Positions 46,109 through 55,560 of a DNA stretch of 64,000 bases are shown piece after piece. The notes beneath the pieces are model-generated. The model saw only the letters and a list, made by a program, of their open reading frames with translations, had not been told where the DNA came from and searched no databases. Both the position numbers and the translations under genes were made by a program. The first letter of the stretch is position 1. Every line of letters starts with the position of its first letter. Where the stretch lies: positions 62,001-126,000 of IMG/VR virus record IMGVR_UViG_3300024308_000188; one strand, given 5' to 3'.

Positions 46109-47266
46109 TCAATAAAGTTTATAGCTTTTAAAAATGTTGTAAGCAGCTTCAGATCTTTGAACAGCACGAGTAGTTGCCATCCATTCCCAAACCTGACGAT
46201 CTGCCGTTGACTTGCGCGGTACATCATTTACTTTCAAGACTAAATTACGTTCGGGAACAATAATAAAATCTTCTGATCTGAATAAACCTATACGCGCAGG
46301 AAGAACAACAGTAATATCACCTATTGTTATTTCCTGTTCGTAGTTTACCATTTCATTTTCTTGGCTAATATTAGCCTGAATGCTATCCTCACTTAATTTA
46401 AACATTACTATCGCATGAGTAAAATTTGCTACATCACGCACACTTACTTGAATACTTCTTCCGCGATGCTGATCCAAATCGCTATACTTTAAAGGAGTTT
46501 TTGATGTTCCTACGTATAAACGATTATTGGACGGCAACACATCTGTATTAGCACGAACGCTATACGAAGCGCTGATAAAATATTTTGGAACCAGTATTTC
46601 AAAAAGTACATAGCCATCAGATTCTTGTTGAATAAAGTTTACTGGAGTGCTGTTATCAAAAGCGTAACCTTTGATAGCAAGTGCATCATAACTTGTCATC
46701 AATGATTGACGGAAATTCGTGAATTCAAAAGCTGGTTGGCGTCCTTCACGATAACAGATACCACAATCAACACCTGTTCCAGATGTCATAGCATCTTGGA
46801 AGGTAAACACATCATCTGGATTTTCAGCTTTTATTTCCTCATGTTCTTCACGCAACATATCACCAATTTCAACACGTTTGTTATTGAGTGGTTTTGGAGC
46901 ATGACGCTCTACCTCACTTTCTCCAAACAAACTTGATGAACCAAGATCCAAAACCATAGTTGCTTTTTTACCTTCTGGCTGTGAATCTGGAATTGGAGTC
47001 TGCGTGTATTCATCTGACTCTATATCAACCAAACTTGTATCAAGTGCGGCCACACTATCTTCAGCAATATGTTTGCTGCAAGTACAATAACGGCCAGCTC
47101 GAACACGCTTAGCCACAATAGCCACAACTTTATCTACGTTAAGCGCGTTCTCAATTTGATTTTGGAATACAGGCAAAGTTTCATTTAAGCGCTTTTGAGC
47201 GCGTTCATGTGTAAAGTTTTTGGCTCTACGTTTGCCCTTCTTTTGTGCTGTATTAAGCCAACTCAT
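46109..47266 (-). CDS. Hypothetical protein with CxC...CxxC motif, possibly head-completion/neck type
   Basis: RYCTC...DCGICYREG; beta-rich C-terminus. Confidence 0.5.
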   Translation of the reverse strand: MSWLNTAQKKGKRRAKNFTHERAQKRLNETLPVFQNQIENALNVDKVVAIVAKRVRAGRYCTCSKHIAEDSVAALDTSLVDIESDEYTQTPIPDSQPEGKKATMVLDLGSSSLFGESEVERHAPKPLNNKRVEIGDMLREEHEEIKAENPDDVFTFQDAMTSGTGVDCGICYREGRQPAFEFTNFRQSLMTSYDALAIKGYAFDNSTPVNFIQQESDGYVLFEILVPKYFISASYSVRANTDVLPSNNRLYVGTSKTPLKYSDLDQHRGRSIQVSVRDVANFTHAIVMFKLSEDSIQANISQENEMVNYEQEITIGDITVVLPARIGLFRSEDFIIVPERNLVLKVNDVPRKSTADRQVWEWMATTRAVQRSEAAYNIFKSYKLY

Positions 47267-47345
47267 ATGAAAAATTCCTTTCCATTATTCTCGGATCTAA
47301 ATTATCGGTTATTAATTTTAGAACATACTGCAAAGGGAATAAAAT

Positions 47346-47951
47346 ATGCAAAAGCTACGCATTCTATCTTTTGATCCTGGAACATCAAATTTTGCTTATA
47401 GCATACAAGAGTATTCTTACGATGGATCAAAATTAAAGGCAAAGATTTTAGGAACTGGTATGTTTACTAAGTGCGTTACCCAACTTACAGGTAATCACAT
47501 GAATAAACAAATAAGAAAGTTTCAGAAGGCTATGTTAAAGATAAAACGCAAATACAATCCTGATCGAGTTTTCATTGAACGCTTTCAAAGTCGTGGACTT
47601 ACAGGAACAACAATAGAGTGCATTAACATAATGCTTGGACTCATGTTGAACATATTTGCGGATAAGCAGCCAAATATTTACTTGGCCAGTACATGGAAAA
47701 ACAGAATCAATAAAAAGTTGGAAGGTTTATTTGAAAATCCGACATCTAAAAAAGCAAGTCAGTTGGATTTAACTTATAAAGCTTATGGTATGAGTAAAGT
47801 TGCGTCACCTAAAACGCCTCATGAACTAGATGCCACTCTTATTGGTTTCTATTCTGCGACACGTATATTAGGTATGCAGGACTTTGAAAACTTTAATACA
47901 AACAATTGGGAAAAGTTTATTTCTTGGTTTCTAACAACACCCAAACTGTAA
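47346..47951 (+). CDS. RuvC-like Holliday junction resolvase
   Basis: ILSFDPGTSNFAY, VFIERFQ, HELDA: RNase H-fold D/E/D triad. Confidence 0.85.
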   Translation: MQKLRILSFDPGTSNFAYSIQEYSYDGSKLKAKILGTGMFTKCVTQLTGNHMNKQIRKFQKAMLKIKRKYNPDRVFIERFQSRGLTGTTIECINIMLGLMLNIFADKQPNIYLASTWKNRINKKLEGLFENPTSKKASQLDLTYKAYGMSKVASPKTPHELDATLIGFYSATRILGMQDFENFNTNNWEKFISWFLTTPKL

Positions 47952-47953
47952 AT
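47944..47953 (+). promoter_or_regulatory. AACTGTAAAT motif
   Basis: Overlaps the RuvC stop; ~33 nt before ATG 47986. Confidence 0.65.
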
Positions 47954-47973
47954 GCAGTAGTATGTAATAAAAT

Positions 47974-48603
47974 TTGAGAATTAACATGCAACAAAAGATT
48001 GCCGTTTGTCCTTGCAACAAAACTTTTCAATTTACAGGCAAGTGCATTGTTACAACTTGTCAATATCACAATGTTAAAACCAAATCAGGTTGTTTGGAAC
48101 TTGATATTGCGGCCACAAGCACAAAATTAAGTGACACGCAAATTCTACATTTTAAAATTTTACCTAACCAAGATAAGTTTGAATCGAAGTCTTATGATGG
48201 TAAGTTTGCATTCTATGCTCGTAAAAAAGCTGTTGTCGCAGCTAAAGCAAACATGCTTTTATATTTATACTGCGGCTGGATTAAAAGCAAACTCAAACCT
48301 AGTGATAAGTTCAAATATGAATTGGGTATTTCAAATGTATTGGATGAAATGCTGAGAAACTTTCCATTCAATCAACCGGAATTAAATTTTGAACCTTGGA
48401 TGCTTTACTACGCGGCCAACCCAAAAGTTTATCAAAGTTTTATTGATGAACAAAATCGTGGCGGTGAAGAAAGTGTCTTTTTAATAAACGTGTTATGCTT
48501 AACTCCCGGCAAGCATAAAAATTTAGTGTATGCACTTAAAAATTTCAACAACGCGAAAAAGACTTTTGAAAAACAGAAGTCTAAACATGGAGCAATACAA
48601 TGA
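47974..48603 (+). CDS. Hypothetical protein with N-terminal Cys/His cluster
   Basis: CPCN..C...CQYH...GCL; likely start ATG 47986. Confidence 0.6.
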   Translation: MRINMQQKIAVCPCNKTFQFTGKCIVTTCQYHNVKTKSGCLELDIAATSTKLSDTQILHFKILPNQDKFESKSYDGKFAFYARKKAVVAAKANMLLYLYCGWIKSKLKPSDKFKYELGISNVLDEMLRNFPFNQPELNFEPWMLYYAANPKVYQSFIDEQNRGGEESVFLINVLCLTPGKHKNLVYALKNFNNAKKTFEKQKSKHGAIQ

Positions 48604-49247
48604 GTACAAAAGTAAAAACAATTACACTGGCCGCTTGGAATGAAAAGTATGGTTCTAACATTGCTAACGGCATTTATGTTGTTAACAATATGGCTGTACC
48701 TGCCGAAGTTATTTTCAACGTGGTAGGTGCTAACGGTCAACCTTCTGCGGTTAGTGTTCCAAATACTAACGCACCTTTAGATTTGACAGCTATCACAACT
48801 CGTGAAGCTATCTTGAATTCACATGAATTCAAGCGTTTACTGAGTATGCAATATTTGGTTCTGATTGACAACCTTGATGCTGAGCGTATTCTGAGTGAAA
48901 ATTCTGAGTTACGTGAAGCTGCTGCTGTTGCACTGAAAAATAACGGTGGCAAATATGTTGCACGTTCTGTTACCGAAACTTTTGAAATCGGTGGCGCAAA
49001 GGCTCAGCCTTCTGAAAGTCTGCAAGGTAAAATGCAAAGTGCAAACCTTGATATAGAAGATGACGGTGACGATTTAACTGCTGTCGAAGAAATTCTTGGC
49101 GTGTCTGAAGATCCAGAAGCGACTGATGATCAAGTTGTGAAGATTTTCAACAAGTTCTCTTCTCAACTGAACAGTTCTGATTTAGAAGAACTGATGGATA
49201 AAAGCAAAAACAGCAAACTTCAAGATCTGATCGCTGAAAAGATCTAA
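48600..49247 (+). CDS. Hypothetical protein
   Basis: Strongly biased codons; acidic C-terminus; terminator follows. Confidence 0.7.
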   Translation: MSTKVKTITLAAWNEKYGSNIANGIYVVNNMAVPAEVIFNVVGANGQPSAVSVPNTNAPLDLTAITTREAILNSHEFKRLLSMQYLVLIDNLDAERILSENSELREAAAVALKNNGGKYVARSVTETFEIGGAKAQPSESLQGKMQSANLDIEDDGDDLTAVEEILGVSEDPEATDDQVVKIFNKFSSQLNSSDLEELMDKSKNSKLQDLIAEKI

Positions 49248-49258
49248 AGTACAGACGT

Positions 49259-49296
49259 AAAAAAAGGGGAGCCATTAAGGTTCCCCTTTTATTTTT
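49259..49296. terminator. Bidirectional terminator between convergent genes
   Basis: A7-GGGGAGCC...GGTTCCCC-TTTTATTTTT. Confidence 0.8.
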
Positions 49297-50362
49297 GTTC
49301 AATCATTCGTAAATTTTCAGGCTTTATAAATTTCCCACCATATTCCTTTATTTCATCTTTCAAAGCACGTAACATTTTCTTAGGCATTACGTCAGGATCT
49401 AATTTTACAATCTTACCATCCTTTCCTTTCTTACGTGGTAACTTAAATCCTCGATACTCAAAAGAAATCTGCATGTTGTTGCACATCCATTCAAGCTTTT
49501 CTGCCATTGCTTTACCTGCCGCATCATTATCCGGTAGCCAACAAAGTAATTCAATATCAAGCCTTTCTACCAAACGTAATTTCTTTCCATTTATATTTTG
49601 AGAACCTAATACCGCAAGTGCAGGAATACCAGCCATTATTAAACGCAGTGCATCCCTTGGGCCTTCAACCAAAACTACATAACGATATTTCATTTTGGCA
49701 AGCATTGCTTTAACAAAGTTGAAAGGAAATAATCCACTTTCTTTAACCCAATCACCTGCACTACTCACATAACTTAATTTACCTTCTTTCTTTTCTTCAA
49801 GTGCCTCTATTACACCTTTAATTTCTTTACCTACTTTTACAGGCAATATACATTTGAACTCGCTATATTTATTTACGGCAGCAAGTCCATTCAAATTTTT
49901 AATTAGCCATCCCGGATAACCACGCCATTCATTATAAATAGGCCAATCAATTGTTGAAGGATCTCCCAAACTTTTTAACATTCCTTCCATGTCAGTATTT
50001 TTGTTGGTCAGCATTCCTCCTTCCATTTCACGAAGTTTCTTATTCAGGCCGTTCGTGTCAACACTTCCGGTTTTTGGAATAAGATTTGATATTTTCCTTA
50101 ATCCAGCTTTTTCAGCAAACTTGTTCCAATCTCCACTTTCAGGACAACCAAAACAGTTGAATGTTCCCATTGGGTAGCGAGATCCTTCACTTACTACAAC
50201 ACCGCAACTTGGAGTCCTTTCATCGTGAAATGGACAACATACCATTATGCGATCTTGTGTTGTTTTTTGCGGCCCATCTAATTTTTGTAATTCAGTTGTT
50301 ATGATCGACTGCATATCTTCTGCAACAGCCGATGTTTTCTTTGGTGATTTCTTAACCGCCAT
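49289..50362 (-). CDS. DnaG-type DNA primase
   Basis: CHC2 zinc finger CCPFHDERTPSC...FNCFGC; TOPRIM LVEGPRD and PDNDAAG. Confidence 0.9.
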   Translation of the reverse strand: MAVKKSPKKTSAVAEDMQSIITTELQKLDGPQKTTQDRIMVCCPFHDERTPSCGVVVSEGSRYPMGTFNCFGCPESGDWNKFAEKAGLRKISNLIPKTGSVDTNGLNKKLREMEGGMLTNKNTDMEGMLKSLGDPSTIDWPIYNEWRGYPGWLIKNLNGLAAVNKYSEFKCILPVKVGKEIKGVIEALEEKKEGKLSYVSSAGDWVKESGLFPFNFVKAMLAKMKYRYVVLVEGPRDALRLIMAGIPALAVLGSQNINGKKLRLVERLDIELLCWLPDNDAAGKAMAEKLEWMCNNMQISFEYRGFKLPRKKGKDGKIVKLDPDVMPKKMLRALKDEIKEYGGKFIKPENLRMIEQK

Positions 50363-50405
50363 AATATTAACCTTGTACAGTAAGTACCATAATTTCTACT
50401 CATGG

Positions 50406-50415
50406 ATTTACAGTT
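50406..50415 (-). promoter_or_regulatory. AACTGTAAAT motif upstream of primase
   Basis: 44 nt before the ATG. Confidence 0.7.
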
Positions 50416-50439
50416 TAGTACAGGTCAAGGAACCAACGT

Positions 50440-50742
50440 ATGATGAACGTAACTAAAGGCAGAGTTCTGTGTTATAGTCCAGAAATGCTTGAACTAAGAG
50501 ATTTATTAAGATCTTATTTTTCTGAAGATCGATTGCAAATTTGTGGTGAAACGAATAATGTAAATGCTTTCTATATACACATAGAAAGCTGCAATATCCA
50601 AAAGCTTGCATCTAAACTTGCGCTGCAAGGACACAAGATGGAACCTAGTGATCTTGCTGGCATCTATTGCCTTCAACTTAAATCTGGCGCTAAATTCCAC
50701 GTTATTGTGTCTGAGAAATTTAGTGTCTTGGTAACATTATGA
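50440..50742 (+). CDS. Hypothetical protein
   Basis: 100-aa ORF, AAGGA SD. Confidence 0.6.
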   Translation: MMNVTKGRVLCYSPEMLELRDLLRSYFSEDRLQICGETNNVNAFYIHIESCNIQKLASKLALQGHKMEPSDLAGIYCLQLKSGAKFHVIVSEKFSVLVTL

Positions 50743-51881
50743 GTTTTTCTTCGCTGGCAACTACTCACCATTATAAAGGCAAGTCATCCAATTCTGGTGA
50801 AGAATCTACGCCATACTCTTTAGATTTTCAAAAAACTAATCCAAATCGTTTAAGTCCGATCAGTAAACTTGTTGCCCAAGCAATGGAAGCAAGTGTTGTT
50901 CTTCCTCGTGGCCGTGCTCCACAATTCAGACCTAGTAGCTTTCCATGTTGCTCAATTTTAAATTGGATGCAACTTCTGCGCTTTAAAAAGCTAGGCAACA
51001 ATGAAGAACACAAATACTTTGGTATGCAATACTATACCGGAGTCGGCACAACAGTTCACGAAAAAATCCAATACTTTGCTGGATTCACTGGTAAATTTTG
51101 GGGTAACTGGAAATGTATAAATCCAGTTTGTAAAGAAAGTAAGAAAGCTAGAAATCTTTACGATCATTTGGGTAATATTGTTAAAGAAGGAAAGCCAACA
51201 AGAACGCATACAACTAAAAGCACTTGCCCTAAATGCCATGAACCTATGGATTACGTAGAGTTCGCAATAAAATATCGTGGTATCGATGGTCACATTGATG
51301 CGATCATAAAGTTGGATAACGGTGAATGGTGGGTAATGGATTACAAAACCACCAGCATGAAAAAAGTTGTTGCCTACAAATTTCCAGAGAAAAAACATTT
51401 GCATCAACTTCCGTTTTATGTTTATGCACTTGAAAAGAAATATGCTAAAAAGTTTGGCATGAAATTAAAAGGCTTCTCACTTATTTATATTCCACGAGAT
51501 AATCCTCGTGCCTTTGTTGAGTATAAAGAAAGGTGGACAGATAAATGGCGTGTTCGTTGCCATAATCAATTTGAAGCAGAATATGAAAAATGGGAAGCAA
51601 TCAACAGCGATGTCGAAACCGAAACTTTTGATGAAGTCATTAGAACCAAGCCTTGCAAGAGTCAATCCGAATATCGTAGTTTAATGCACGTATACGAAGA
51701 TTGTCCATTGCTGAGTATTTGCTTTACTCAGAAAAAGCTTCGCAATTTCTTAGATACTTGGGTTGAATATCATTCTGACGATCCAAAACGTCTAATACCT
51801 TTTAAGCAGGTAATTGAAATTGTAACTGACTTGGAATACAAAAGTAAAAAGACACCAACAGTTAAACGAATTCGTTTATAA
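50739..51881 (+). CDS. Cas4-like PD-(D/E)XK exonuclease (stand-alone)
   Basis: FPCC, GTTVHE, GHIDA, MDYKT, QLPFY and C-terminal C...C..C for an Fe-S cluster. Confidence 0.8.
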   Translation: MSFSSLATTHHYKGKSSNSGEESTPYSLDFQKTNPNRLSPISKLVAQAMEASVVLPRGRAPQFRPSSFPCCSILNWMQLLRFKKLGNNEEHKYFGMQYYTGVGTTVHEKIQYFAGFTGKFWGNWKCINPVCKESKKARNLYDHLGNIVKEGKPTRTHTTKSTCPKCHEPMDYVEFAIKYRGIDGHIDAIIKLDNGEWWVMDYKTTSMKKVVAYKFPEKKHLHQLPFYVYALEKKYAKKFGMKLKGFSLIYIPRDNPRAFVEYKERWTDKWRVRCHNQFEAEYEKWEAINSDVETETFDEVIRTKPCKSQSEYRSLMHVYEDCPLLSICFTQKKLRNFLDTWVEYHSDDPKRLIPFKQVIEIVTDLEYKSKKTPTVKRIRL

Positions 51882-51890
51882 GATTTAAAA

Positions 51891-52235
51891 ATGGCTAAAC
51901 CGCATCTGCATGACGACAATGTTAAAGTTTTAGCAAAATACAAGAATCTGCTTGGCTATGAGCTTATAGAAGATCTTGAATTTGCAAGTCCTTTGATTAC
52001 AAACCTTGCTGTTAATACTTATTTATTAAAAATAAATGTTCAGCTTCTTGATGAAGAACTAAGTCGTGAACGACAACTAGCTTTCAATCTTAACAAAGCT
52101 TTAAAGTTGTCTAATCGCCAATCATCTGTTGTTCAAAAACTTCGCACTAGAATAACACAGTGCAAAAAGGATTTACGTACAAGACGAATAATCGTCAACC
52201 GTATTGTTAAAGAACTAAAAGGTATTTTACGATGA
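51891..52235 (+). CDS. Hypothetical coiled-coil protein
   Basis: 114-aa ORF. Confidence 0.6.
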   Translation: MAKPHLHDDNVKVLAKYKNLLGYELIEDLEFASPLITNLAVNTYLLKINVQLLDEELSRERQLAFNLNKALKLSNRQSSVVQKLRTRITQCKKDLRTRRIIVNRIVKELKGILR

Positions 52236-52738
52236 AGCGTGTAACAATTCATTTGCCTGATTTTTCTTCTGAATCTAAGTCGCGGGGCGATCAAGCTTAT
52301 CTTCGCTTGGCCGAACAAGGCACAAGTCAATTAGATATTGATGGGAGAGAAGAACTTCGTAAACTTGAAAGAAAGAGATCAAAGAAACGCTTGCAACAAC
52401 TAAATGAAGATATTGAGTTGGAAATTCTTGAAGATCAGGTTGCGGCCAACAAAGTCACTACTAAAAAAGAAAAGACTGAAGCAACTGTTGCTGCTTGGGC
52501 TTTACGACAGACTGGCGATAAAAATCCGAAACCTACAAAGTTTCCTAAAAAAGAAGAAAAAGAATCTGAGGAGAAATCTGAAGAAGATTCTGAGGAGAAA
52601 TCTGAAGAAGATTCTGACGTTGATTCAGCATTAACTGAAGAATTGGAAACCGAAGAAAACACTGAAGAGTCGGAAGAACCAAAAGAAGGAGAAGAACAAG
52701 ATGAAAGTTCTGATACAGATGCCTTCGAGGAAGTCTGA
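52232..52738 (+). CDS. Low-complexity protein with acidic tail
   Basis: E/S/K-rich; 24-nt tandem duplication (SEEKSEED x2). Confidence 0.6.
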   Translation: MKRVTIHLPDFSSESKSRGDQAYLRLAEQGTSQLDIDGREELRKLERKRSKKRLQQLNEDIELEILEDQVAANKVTTKKEKTEATVAAWALRQTGDKNPKPTKFPKKEEKESEEKSEEDSEEKSEEDSDVDSALTEELETEENTEESEEPKEGEEQDESSDTDAFEEV

Positions 52739-53411
52739 TGTGGCTTACAAACCTATAAAATCTAGTGTGCGAAAAGTAAAATCTGTTGCTAGAAGAATGC
52801 ACGAAGAAAGACAACGTAAAATCAAAGAGTTCCAATCTCACAGTGCTAATAAAACAGCACAAAAGAAACTTACTTCAGCTGACAAAGCTAAAACAAAAAG
52901 AATTGAACTTAAAGATCGAGTTGTCCGTGTTGTTCCATTAAAGCAAAATGCTGGCATTGTTCAACAATTACCTGACACAGTTCTTACACGTAAAGGCAAA
53001 AGCTTGAAAGAATTGTTGCGCGGTACTCCCCCACTTTTCAAGCATAACGCCAAGCACGTTATTATAAGCAAATTGGTTCGTAAGAAAACTAAAAGTGGAT
53101 TACCTGCTGTTGAAGCAGTTGCCTATTCCGTAGATCCTTATCGTCCGAATAAAACAAGAAGAGATCACAAGCTTTATATAATTGGACTTGATAGTCAAAC
53201 AGATCCGATTAATAAACAGCGTCGAGTTCTTGTAAGTTGTCCGTGCGAAAACTATGTTTTTACTTGGGAATACGCAAACGCTTTACATGGCGCAAGTAAA
53301 TTGGTTTATGGTAATGGTGATCCACCGACTTTTACCAATCCTGGAAATGCAGTTGGTTTATGCAAACACTGTGTTGCGTTGGCCGAAGAATTAGTTAAGA
53401 AAAATTGGTAG
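52701..53411 (+). CDS. SWIM zinc-finger protein with basic N-terminus
   Basis: VSCPCENY...GLCKHCVAL (CxC...CxH); true start probably 52719 or 52740. Confidence 0.7.
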   Translation: MKVLIQMPSRKSDVAYKPIKSSVRKVKSVARRMHEERQRKIKEFQSHSANKTAQKKLTSADKAKTKRIELKDRVVRVVPLKQNAGIVQQLPDTVLTRKGKSLKELLRGTPPLFKHNAKHVIISKLVRKKTKSGLPAVEAVAYSVDPYRPNKTRRDHKLYIIGLDSQTDPINKQRRVLVSCPCENYVFTWEYANALHGASKLVYGNGDPPTFTNPGNAVGLCKHCVALAEELVKKNW

Positions 53412-53421
53412 GTGACATAAA

Positions 53422-53703
53422 ATGGCTTGTTCAGGTTGCGCTAGACGTAGGGCAGCAATTAAATCTTTTGCAATAAACATTACAGACAAAATAGCTAGTG
53501 GTGCAAAAAAGTTGGTTACTTCTATTGGTAGTGATTCTACTGCACAAGCTAAACCCTTAACTGGGCCGACAGGTCAATCAGCTTGTGTTAATTGCACTAC
53601 ATCAGTTACGGCAGATGGTTGGATCAATAAATGCACAATATGCGGAGCAGTTAGCGAAGCGAAACCAATACCTCACAAATTAAAACCAAAATGTGATTGC
53701 TAG
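53422..53703 (+). CDS. Small Cys-rich zinc-binding protein
   Basis: CSGC, CVNC, CTIC, CDC. Confidence 0.6.
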   Translation: MACSGCARRRAAIKSFAINITDKIASGAKKLVTSIGSDSTAQAKPLTGPTGQSACVNCTTSVTADGWINKCTICGAVSEAKPIPHKLKPKCDC

Positions 53704-54401
53704 GAGAAATACAAGTGGAAGAAACTAAAGGCGTGACACAAGAAATGAAATTGATCTCTGATCTTTCAGGTCAAGTGAGCAAATTGGAAACTCTTGTTAA
53801 TGATAAAAATGTCATTATTCAAAAACAAAGTAATGACCTTGCTATCAGTGGCAACAAAGTTTCGGTTCTACAAGAAATGTTATTCGCGGCAAACAATCGA
53901 TTAGTTGAAGAACTTACAATTCTTAAAACAACGCAACAACTTGCAATGAGTCTTACTGAACGAGTAAAAACTTTAGAATATGAGGCTAAGGTCAATGCAG
54001 AACAAAGCAAAAAAGATCTTGAACTTGCGCGAAGTCAAGCCAACGTAAGTTCACAGCAAGTTGTGCAAAGAGCTGAGCGTCAACGCGAAAGTGATGCGAT
54101 TAACGATTGGGTGTGCAATTTCTTTACCTCTTGTTTTACTGATGTTGATGCAACCAAACGTATTCGTGAATATGCGAATGGTAAGCGAACTTTGTGCTGG
54201 TTATTAAGCACGTTCTTTCTTTCTACCGATGAAACATTCAAAAGTTGCGGTATAAAAGAATCCGCTGAAAACTATGACAAGTCGCAAAAAGAATCTTTGA
54301 ATAATGCAGATACACGCATGTATATTTTGCGTACACACATTACATTGTACGCAAAGAAAGCACGACTGCTTATTCCAGCCAAGTCAGAAAGTAATCAATA
54401 G
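53697..54401 (+). CDS. Hypothetical coiled-coil protein
   Basis: Heptad-rich N-terminal half. Confidence 0.65.
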   Translation: MLGEIQVEETKGVTQEMKLISDLSGQVSKLETLVNDKNVIIQKQSNDLAISGNKVSVLQEMLFAANNRLVEELTILKTTQQLAMSLTERVKTLEYEAKVNAEQSKKDLELARSQANVSSQQVVQRAERQRESDAINDWVCNFFTSCFTDVDATKRIREYANGKRTLCWLLSTFFLSTDETFKSCGIKESAENYDKSQKESLNNADTRMYILRTHITLYAKKARLLIPAKSESNQ

Positions 54402-54408
54402 CAATGTT

Positions 54409-54440
54409 AAAGGCGGCCCTAAAAAGCTGCCTTTTTTATT
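54409..54440 (+). terminator. Intrinsic terminator
   Basis: AAGGCGGC...GCTGCCTT followed by TTTT. Confidence 0.8.
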
Positions 54441-54456
54441 GCCTCTGCTTTTGTAA

Positions 54457-54466
54457 AACTGTAAAT
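54457..54466 (+). promoter_or_regulatory. AACTGTAAAT motif upstream of the sigma gene
   Basis: 35 nt before the GTG start, right after a terminator. Confidence 0.7.
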
Positions 54467-54500
54467 ACTAGGGTAAGGGCTTAATGTTAAAGGATTCTAT

Positions 54501-55520
54501 GTGAGTAAAGAAAATTTAACAGGCGGTCAAATACAAGAAATAATGGACACGCTTTTATATAAAGCACTTGAACCAATAGTGATCCATACAAATGTCTTTG
54601 ACAGTCAACTTATCTATTTACTAACCGCTGTTATAAAAAACAAAAAACGAAAGTTTTGTGCTCTTGAAAGATCTCAGACCATAGACATTTTGGCACAAGC
54701 CATAGTTTGTCCTGACCGCATTCGTAAGTTCGAGCTGATCAAAAAACTTAAGATCGAAAGATCTTTTGTTCATGTTTTCATAAAGAAATTTTTAGCAGAA
54801 TACAAAGACGTATATATGGAACTTTATTTCCATTATATGAGCGAACCGAAGCGAAGAAATTTTTATCGGGATCGGATGGTTCCGTACAAAGCTCTTTTAG
54901 GTGCAGATAGTATACAAGATGTTTTTGTGGCTATCACCCAACCTTCTGAGTATCTGGCCTTATTCTACAAATATTTCAACAGTGTTGTTGAGCAGTATCA
55001 TAAGTTTTGTTATACACATGCAAAACATTTGATTGATACAAACACTGGAAATAACTACGACTACAAAGATGTGGTGCAAAACTTTTTGCGTAATGTTGTG
55101 GTAGCACTAAACAAATATGACAGCAGCAAAGGCGCTTTAACGTCATATATAAAGTATTGGATTCTCAACAGTCTTACTTGTGCAAGTTCTGAACATGAAT
55201 ATGGAATAGCTTATGTTATCCCACAGAACCACAAGAAAACTTTGAGTGGTGGTCATAGTTCAAATGTAAACTTTTCAACTTCAATGGACACCTTACTTTC
55301 TCAGGGTGAAGATGAAGATGGAAATTTACATGAATTACTTACGGCAGAAACAGAAGATCTTTCTGATGAACATGCTGTCGATCATGAACTAAGGCGATTA
55401 TATCTCATGGCAAAAAGAGCAGATCCTTTTGGATTGGCCAGACTTACGCTTGAGATACCAGAGGTATTTACTGAGGCAGAGCTAGAGTTAATGGAACGGC
55501 ATACTCTGTCTAAACTGTAA
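54501..55520 (+). CDS. Phage RNA polymerase sigma factor (sigma70 family, region 2)
   Basis: DVVQNFLRNVVVALNKYDSSKGALTSYIKYWI parallels region 2.2-2.3 (DLIQ..N.GL..A..KFD..KG..FSTYA.WWI). Confidence 0.7.
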   Translation: MSKENLTGGQIQEIMDTLLYKALEPIVIHTNVFDSQLIYLLTAVIKNKKRKFCALERSQTIDILAQAIVCPDRIRKFELIKKLKIERSFVHVFIKKFLAEYKDVYMELYFHYMSEPKRRNFYRDRMVPYKALLGADSIQDVFVAITQPSEYLALFYKYFNSVVEQYHKFCYTHAKHLIDTNTGNNYDYKDVVQNFLRNVVVALNKYDSSKGALTSYIKYWILNSLTCASSEHEYGIAYVIPQNHKKTLSGGHSSNVNFSTSMDTLLSQGEDEDGNLHELLTAETEDLSDEHAVDHELRRLYLMAKRADPFGLARLTLEIPEVFTEAELELMERHTLSKL

Positions 55521-55522
55521 AT
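55513..55522 (+). promoter_or_regulatory. AACTGTAAAT motif upstream of SSB
   Basis: 39 nt before the ATG; overlaps the sigma gene stop. Confidence 0.7.
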
Positions 55523-55560
55523 AATAAGATGAAGCTTCATACAATTCTCGGAGAAAAATA

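Noticed and set aside
50739-51881. CRISPR-Cas system
   Set aside because: The Cas4-like nuclease stands alone; no repeat-spacer array or other cas genes are seen in the window.
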